A stretch of 64,000 nucleotides of DNA, from positions 224,001 through 288,000 of the IMG/VR virus record IMGVR_UViG_3300037067_004891; one strand, given 5' to 3'. The notes beneath the pieces were generated by a model. It made no database searches. It was not told the DNA's origin and saw only the letters and a list, made by a program, of their open reading frames with translations. Below, piece after piece: positions 59,378-64,000 of this stretch; position 1 is the stretch's first letter; each line of letters starts with the position of its first letter. This DNA comes from a virus (Duplodnaviria > Caudoviricetes). Both the position numbers and the translations under genes were made by a program.

Positions 59378-60109
59378 ATGAAAAATATAATGAAAAAATT
59401 TTCACATAAAATTAAAAACGTGTTTAATCAATTAATTATAGCTATTTTTATAGTTATTGGTTTTACTTTTTTGAGTTCTATTACTAATAATGTTCAATAT
59501 ATAGAAGTCAAAGTACCAGTTAAAGTACCAACCCCTTATGAAATAAACTTTTTAAATATAGAACAGTTTATTCACGAATTAAGCTTATTTGAATCAGCTA
59601 CAAACTATGCTGCAAGACGACCAAATGAAGTAATAAATGGTGACACACTATGGTCACAATATTGGGGGAGATACCAATTTGGGGAAGCTTGTAGAATATG
59701 TTTAGAAATAGACCACATATCATGGGATAAATTTAAAAATAATACTGAACTTCAAGACGCTGCAATGATTTATTATATTGCAATTCTTAATAGTCGATTT
59801 GAACATTATATTGAAATAAAAGACTCTACCACTATTGTTAGAAATATATTTGATGAATATTCTAATAAAGTTATAAGAACACATTATATAACCAACAGTG
59901 GCTTGGTAGCAATGGCTCATAATATAGGCATTTCAACAGTGGTCGATTTCTTGGATTCTGGTTGTAAAAATGAACCTAAAGATGGTTTCGAAACACAATC
60001 TTCAAATTACTTGGCATTATCAAATTTTGACTTAAATGTGTCAAAAGATGAAGCTAAATCTAATTTAGATAAAATACTCAAAAAATATAATCTTCAGAGG
60101 GGTATATAA
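59378..60109 (+). CDS. Membrane-anchored lysozyme-like protein
   Basis: TM segment; FES..NY...GRYQF...LQD...AHN.G. Confidence 0.65.
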   Translation: MKNIMKKFSHKIKNVFNQLIIAIFIVIGFTFLSSITNNVQYIEVKVPVKVPTPYEINFLNIEQFIHELSLFESATNYAARRPNEVINGDTLWSQYWGRYQFGEACRICLEIDHISWDKFKNNTELQDAAMIYYIAILNSRFEHYIEIKDSTTIVRNIFDEYSNKVIRTHYITNSGLVAMAHNIGISTVVDFLDSGCKNEPKDGFETQSSNYLALSNFDLNVSKDEAKSNLDKILKKYNLQRGI

Positions 60110-60348
60110 TGGATGAAAATATATACGAATTATATAAACTGGGCTTTACTTGTGAAAGTCCAGTTTCTTTTATTTTAAAGAATGAAGGTGTCCGAGAAAT
60201 GTTAATTGAATCAAATATTCGTTATAGTTCATTATGGGTTAAGATTTCCCAAGGTCAATACAGAATGATTAAAAAAGAAAAAACGTTAGAAGAATTAATA
60301 CCTACAATAAAAAAAGAAGTCCGTGCATTAAAAATCAGAAATCTCTAA
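60109..60348 (+). CDS. Small protein with RxxKIxxL tag
   Basis: Ends EVRALKIRNL. Confidence 0.6.
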   Translation: MDENIYELYKLGFTCESPVSFILKNEGVREMLIESNIRYSSLWVKISQGQYRMIKKEKTLEELIPTIKKEVRALKIRNL

Positions 60349-60675
60349 TATTTTCAATTTTCTCAGAACCTGTTTAATACGTCTATTAATTTCTGGTTTA
60401 TCTTTTGTGGCTTCATCCAGTTCATTCAGTGTTCTAATATTCTTGTTTTACTCGTCTATTACTTTAATTAGTTCCTTTTTAGTCAAAGTTATATTAGGAT
60501 ATAAAACTGATATATTATTTTTATCTGACGGGACAAAAATAATTTCAAATATAGTATCATCTGATTTTTCATTCAATTTAGATTGAATTTTTCTATAATA
60601 ATCTAACTTCTCGTTATATTCATCCAATGATAAATCTCTTGGTATATCAAGTCTTAGTATAATTATGTTATTCAT
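60328..60675 (-). pseudogene. ORF with in-frame TAA at 60448; the continuation ends in the RxxKIxxI tag
   Basis: KVIDE*NKNIRTLNELDEATKDKPEINRRIKQVLRKLKILEISDF*. Confidence 0.5.
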
Positions 60676-60970
60676 ATATTGATAATATTTTATATTTTCT
60701 TTGTTGTTGAAGATATATCTGGTATAATTTATCTATATTAAGATATTCAAATTTCTTTTCATTCACATATGCTAAATGAATAATTTCTTTAGAACCTTCT
60801 ATTAATTCAAATTTACTCATGTCTATTTTAAACACCTTCATTGTATCGGGATTAAAATTTAAAACATCCAATAAATAATATTCACCATCTTTATTAATAA
60901 TTACTGGTTTATAAAGTGATGAATAATTAACATGCTTAATTAATTCTTTATAATGATAACAATCTTCCAT
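60668..60970 (-). CDS. Small protein with RxxKIxxI tag
   Basis: Ends QQRKYKILSIYE. Confidence 0.6.
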   Translation of the reverse strand: MEDCYHYKELIKHVNYSSLYKPVIINKDGEYYLLDVLNFNPDTMKVFKIDMSKFELIEGSKEIIHLAYVNEKKFEYLNIDKLYQIYLQQQRKYKILSIYE

Positions 60971-60972
60971 AT

Positions 60973-61635
60973 TTATAATTTAAAAACTTCTAACATAGGT
61001 TTATATTTTAAATTTAAATAATCAAATTTATCAATATATTCGCCCGTTATTAGATTCCAATATCGAGTGAACCATTTCCTATTATTAGTAGAATAATAAT
61101 ATTGTAATTTTTTTTCTAAATCACCGAACGATATTGGTTTATATTTATATTCCTTCCTATTAGGTCTACCTTCAATAACTTTCACACCAATCCCATCGAG
61201 TATAGGTTTATAATTAAGATTCAATAAATCGTTATTATTAAAAAATTCAGGTAATCTATTAAAATGGTCAAAAACTATTTTTTGAAATAGATGGTCACGT
61301 TTCATTGGATAAACATAATAGTAACTCATAATATGATTATATGAAACAAAGTCCTCGTCTTTATTGAACTCAGCTTTCATATTATTATACAAATCCGTGT
61401 TTTCTATTACAAATTGTAAATTGTTAAATGTTTTACTAATATTTTTAAATGTAGATTTTTTAACAAATTTTGATTCATTATTCACAGGCACGATTTTAGG
61501 TATCGATTTATTTTCATCAGATTTAATCTGTGAGTTATAAAATTCCTTCTTCAATTTCAAAATTTTATTATCGAATTCTTCTTGTAAGTTCCTTATTTTT
61601 TTGAGGAATAATTCTTCAACTTCACTATTTATCAT
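60973..61635 (-). CDS. Hypothetical protein
   Basis: 220-aa ORF within the operon. Confidence 0.6.
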   Translation of the reverse strand: MINSEVEELFLKKIRNLQEEFDNKILKLKKEFYNSQIKSDENKSIPKIVPVNNESKFVKKSTFKNISKTFNNLQFVIENTDLYNNMKAEFNKDEDFVSYNHIMSYYYVYPMKRDHLFQKIVFDHFNRLPEFFNNNDLLNLNYKPILDGIGVKVIEGRPNRKEYKYKPISFGDLEKKLQYYYSTNNRKWFTRYWNLITGEYIDKFDYLNLKYKPMLEVFKL

Positions 61636-62245
61636 ATAGTATCGTATAATTTATTCATATTTAAAACCACCTCATATATGATTCGGTCTAAATTTTCAAT
61701 TGGTGGTTTATTTTCAAATACTAAATCAAACCCTTCATAGTTATCTAACTCAATCTCGGACGCATGGTTCATATCTCGTTGGTCATTTGCTCTCAGGCTG
61801 GTTGGGTCACCATTTAATCTAACCAATAATCCACCCATTTTTTTAATATAATTAGCCTCATTTAAAAACCGAACATCTGATACAACCCAGTTATCATATT
61901 CAGGATGATATTTTGAAAATAATGATAAAACCCATGCATCATGATGTAGATTATTTCTAATAGCTTCTGTACCTATTTTCTGTTGCATTTCTCCAACTGT
62001 CATACCCCACTCTGGAAGATATTTTAATTTTCCTTCTCTGGACATAACATCATCCATTGACAAACCAGTTAGATAGGATACAATAAATTTTAAATCATAA
62101 GCAAATTTTTTATTTTCAAATTTTACACCACGACTCCCATAATACTGAATAATTCGTTCTGCAAAAGCATCTTTTCCATTTAACCCGACCCTATCTTACC
62201 AGAAATACCGATTAGATAGGGTCGTTTTTTTATTGTTTTATTCAT
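61632..62245 (-). pseudogene. dNMP kinase (T4 gp1-like) with a disrupted 5' end
   Basis: LIGISGKIGSG / GKDAFA...FAYDLK...QKIGTE...VSDVRFLNE...HASE; frameshifts near 62230 and 62180. Confidence 0.8.
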
Positions 62246-62326
62246 TTTAATTATTTTTTTTTTTAAATTTATCAATAAAAATATTATCCTCTATACTAAT
62301 TTTTCCACTCACACCTATTAACATTT

Positions 62327-62839
62327 TTATTTTATTATTTTTTCTCCAATAATCTTTTTATTTATTGATAAAAAAATCGGATTATACCTGTAATCATTGG
62401 TTACATCATTTTTAAACCAAGGGTCAGGTACATAACTTTGGGTTGATATCATATCACTATGATATTCAACAACCATAATATTTTCGTTTATATTATCATA
62501 CTTAATTAACGAGATAAGATTATTTTTAGAGTCATTTAAGGCATATTGGGTATAATGTATCACTTTGGGTTTTGAAACCGCATACATCACCTCAAATTCA
62601 CTTTGGGATATGTTTATTCTTATATGATTCCTTTTTATAGTGCCTATATCTTTAATGTTTAATGAAAAATCTGTTTCATTGACACACTCGACATAAGTTT
62701 CAAGACTATCACTTTCCTTATTCAGGAAAGCTATCATATACTTTTCAAACAGAAAAACATTTAAATTTAAGCTGGACGGTAAAACACTAACATAAAACCT
62801 TTTACAGTATTCAATACTTAAACAAGACAAATCTGTCAT
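62327..62839 (-). CDS. Degenerate CYTH-domain protein
   Basis: IE..KRFYV...VVEY...PDPWFKNDVTNDYRY follows the CYTH layout. Confidence 0.6.
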   Translation of the reverse strand: MTDLSCLSIEYCKRFYVSVLPSSLNLNVFLFEKYMIAFLNKESDSLETYVECVNETDFSLNIKDIGTIKRNHIRINISQSEFEVMYAVSKPKVIHYTQYALNDSKNNLISLIKYDNINENIMVVEYHSDMISTQSYVPDPWFKNDVTNDYRYNPIFLSINKKIIGEKIIK

Positions 62840-62909
62840 AATGTTTTTATTTTCTTATATTCCTTGAAATAGTTTTTGTTTAGAAAATATTTAGAAAAAT
62901 TAAAATATT

Positions 62910-63113
62910 TCATTTTAAAATTTTTTCAATTTTAATTTTCCGAATTTCATTTATACTATTTGTGTAACATGTGAGAAATTCAACAACATTTATTTGTATA
63001 ACATTTTCACAACCATCTTCAATTAAATAAACAACATTTCCATCACATTTATCATATTGATATTGTTTGTATGTATATATATTATAAAATGTATTATAAT
63101 TACTCATCATCAT
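62910..63113 (-). CDS. Small protein with RxxKIxxI tag
   Basis: Ends EIRKIKIEKILK. Confidence 0.6.
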   Translation of the reverse strand: MMMSNYNTFYNIYTYKQYQYDKCDGNVVYLIEDGCENVIQINVVEFLTCYTNSINEIRKIKIEKILK

Positions 63114-63333
63114 CCAAAATATTTTTTATCTTCAATCTCCGTATTTCATTTTTATCTGCTGTGAATCTCTCATAAAAATTTGGAATACTAAAATATTTTT
63201 TCTTACTTGTTCCAACTGGTCTTAAAGTTGCCTGATGGTTATTTATAGATAAAACATAATATTTTCTTTCTGTAAGTTTATCATATATAATTTTATTAGA
63301 ATCTATTAAAAAATGATCTGATTGGTTAATCAT
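63100..63333 (-). CDS. Small protein with RxxKIxxI tag
   Basis: Ends EIRRLKIKNILDDDE. Confidence 0.6.
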   Translation of the reverse strand: MINQSDHFLIDSNKIIYDKLTERKYYVLSINNHQATLRPVGTSKKKYFSIPNFYERFTADKNEIRRLKIKNILDDDE

Positions 63334-63399
63334 ATAAATATAATATTTTTGTAAAAAACGAAAAATTTTGTTAATTATTATTAATTTTTATATTAAACA

Positions 63400-63822
63400 T
63401 TATAAAGTTTTATAGTGCCATCTGACATACATTAATAAAACTCCAAGCATATTGTGACCTCTACCATTACAAACACCCCAAAACGTATCACCCCAATCAT
63501 TACCTTCGACTATAAAAACATCTCCAGTGGCGAGTAGTTTTTGTTTTAATTCTTCCTTTTGAAACTTCAGCATTAATAAATTCTTCATCAATGGTACTCG
63601 AACATCAGCCCAGTCATCTCTATATTTTATTGTTTTACCAAAACTTTTTGCACACTTGGTTGTCATTTTAGAAACTATTATTCGAGTGTTTTCATTGGTT
63701 GTTTTACAAGCCTGATATGCGTGTTCAGTTGAAGAATATAATATCCCTTCATATTCTATATCAACTGGATAAAAATTCGATAAAAATTTATACTCACCTC
63801 TAAACTGTAAAATCTGGGTCAT
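63400..63822 (-). CDS. NADAR (YbiA-like) hydrolase
   Basis: FLSNFY, EHAYQACK, KF, LLATG, DTFWG, G.NMLG.LLM.VR. Confidence 0.92.
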   Translation of the reverse strand: MTQILQFRGEYKFLSNFYPVDIEYEGILYSSTEHAYQACKTTNENTRIIVSKMTTKCAKSFGKTIKYRDDWADVRVPLMKNLLMLKFQKEELKQKLLATGDVFIVEGNDWGDTFWGVCNGRGHNMLGVLLMYVRWHYKTL

Positions 63823-63849
63823 CTTCTACATTACATTTTAAATTCATTA

Positions 63850-64000
63850 TGAACTACCACTAAACCAAAAAATTTAGTGATTTCAGAAACTAATAGTTTC
63901 TTCTCTTTAAATGATTCACAGACTGTGCTTTATATAAAGCTAAAAAGCTTAAAGTCTTATTTTATCTCCACATAATCAGTCATCCCAACTGATATTAATT
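63850..64000 (-). mobile_element. Right end/omegaRNA region of another tnpB element extending beyond the window
   Basis: Minus strand ends ...aatcactaaattttttggtttagtggtagttca; upstream sequence resembles tnpB C-terminal codons (ISVGMTDY). Confidence 0.7.

Noticed and set aside
1-64000. Stop-codon reassignment, as in Lak or crAss-like phages
   Set aside because: Long structural ORFs (581-871 aa) read through in code 11 and coding density is high. The one in-frame stop noted (60448) is TAA.
1-64000. CRISPR array, rRNA, canonical tRNA, DGR or retron
   Set aside because: No repeat-spacer array, standard cloverleaf or reverse transcriptase was seen.

Overview
This very AT-rich, gene-dense window looks like part of a T4-related jumbo (myo)phage genome. 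Markers include a gp32-like SSB, a gp6-like baseplate wedge, gp16-like and gp62-like proteins, PhoH, a tail fibre, lysis genes, NADAR and a phage-borne ribosomal protein S1. A Bacteroidota host is suggested by an LDEVVVVGY SusC-type motif, the type of glucosaminidase and spanin-like genes, and no evident Shine-Dalgarno sites. The most striking pattern is two short peptide tags shared by otherwise unrelated proteins. (1) About 17 genes start with an M-K-x-[FY]-x-x-F-x-x-E leader nearly identical to the T4 capsid-targeting sequence. Their cargo includes ADP-ribosyltransferase-like, Nudix, HAD and metallopeptidase domains, and the same motif recurs inside a GNAT-ART-ART-CCA-adding fusion, suggesting an arsenal packaged in the head and injected into the host. 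(2) About 10 small proteins end in R-x-x-K-[IL]-x-x-[IL]. The window also holds two intact tnpB elements and four tnpB remnants or orphan ends, many free-standing endonucleases (including a GIY-YIG with eight tandem ~52-aa repeats), glycosyltransferase and radical-SAM genes, a recurrent WAATATATA promoter-like motif, and two candidate structured ncRNAs. No CRISPR array, rRNA or canonical tRNA was seen. All calls come from motif recognition by eye; no searches were run.
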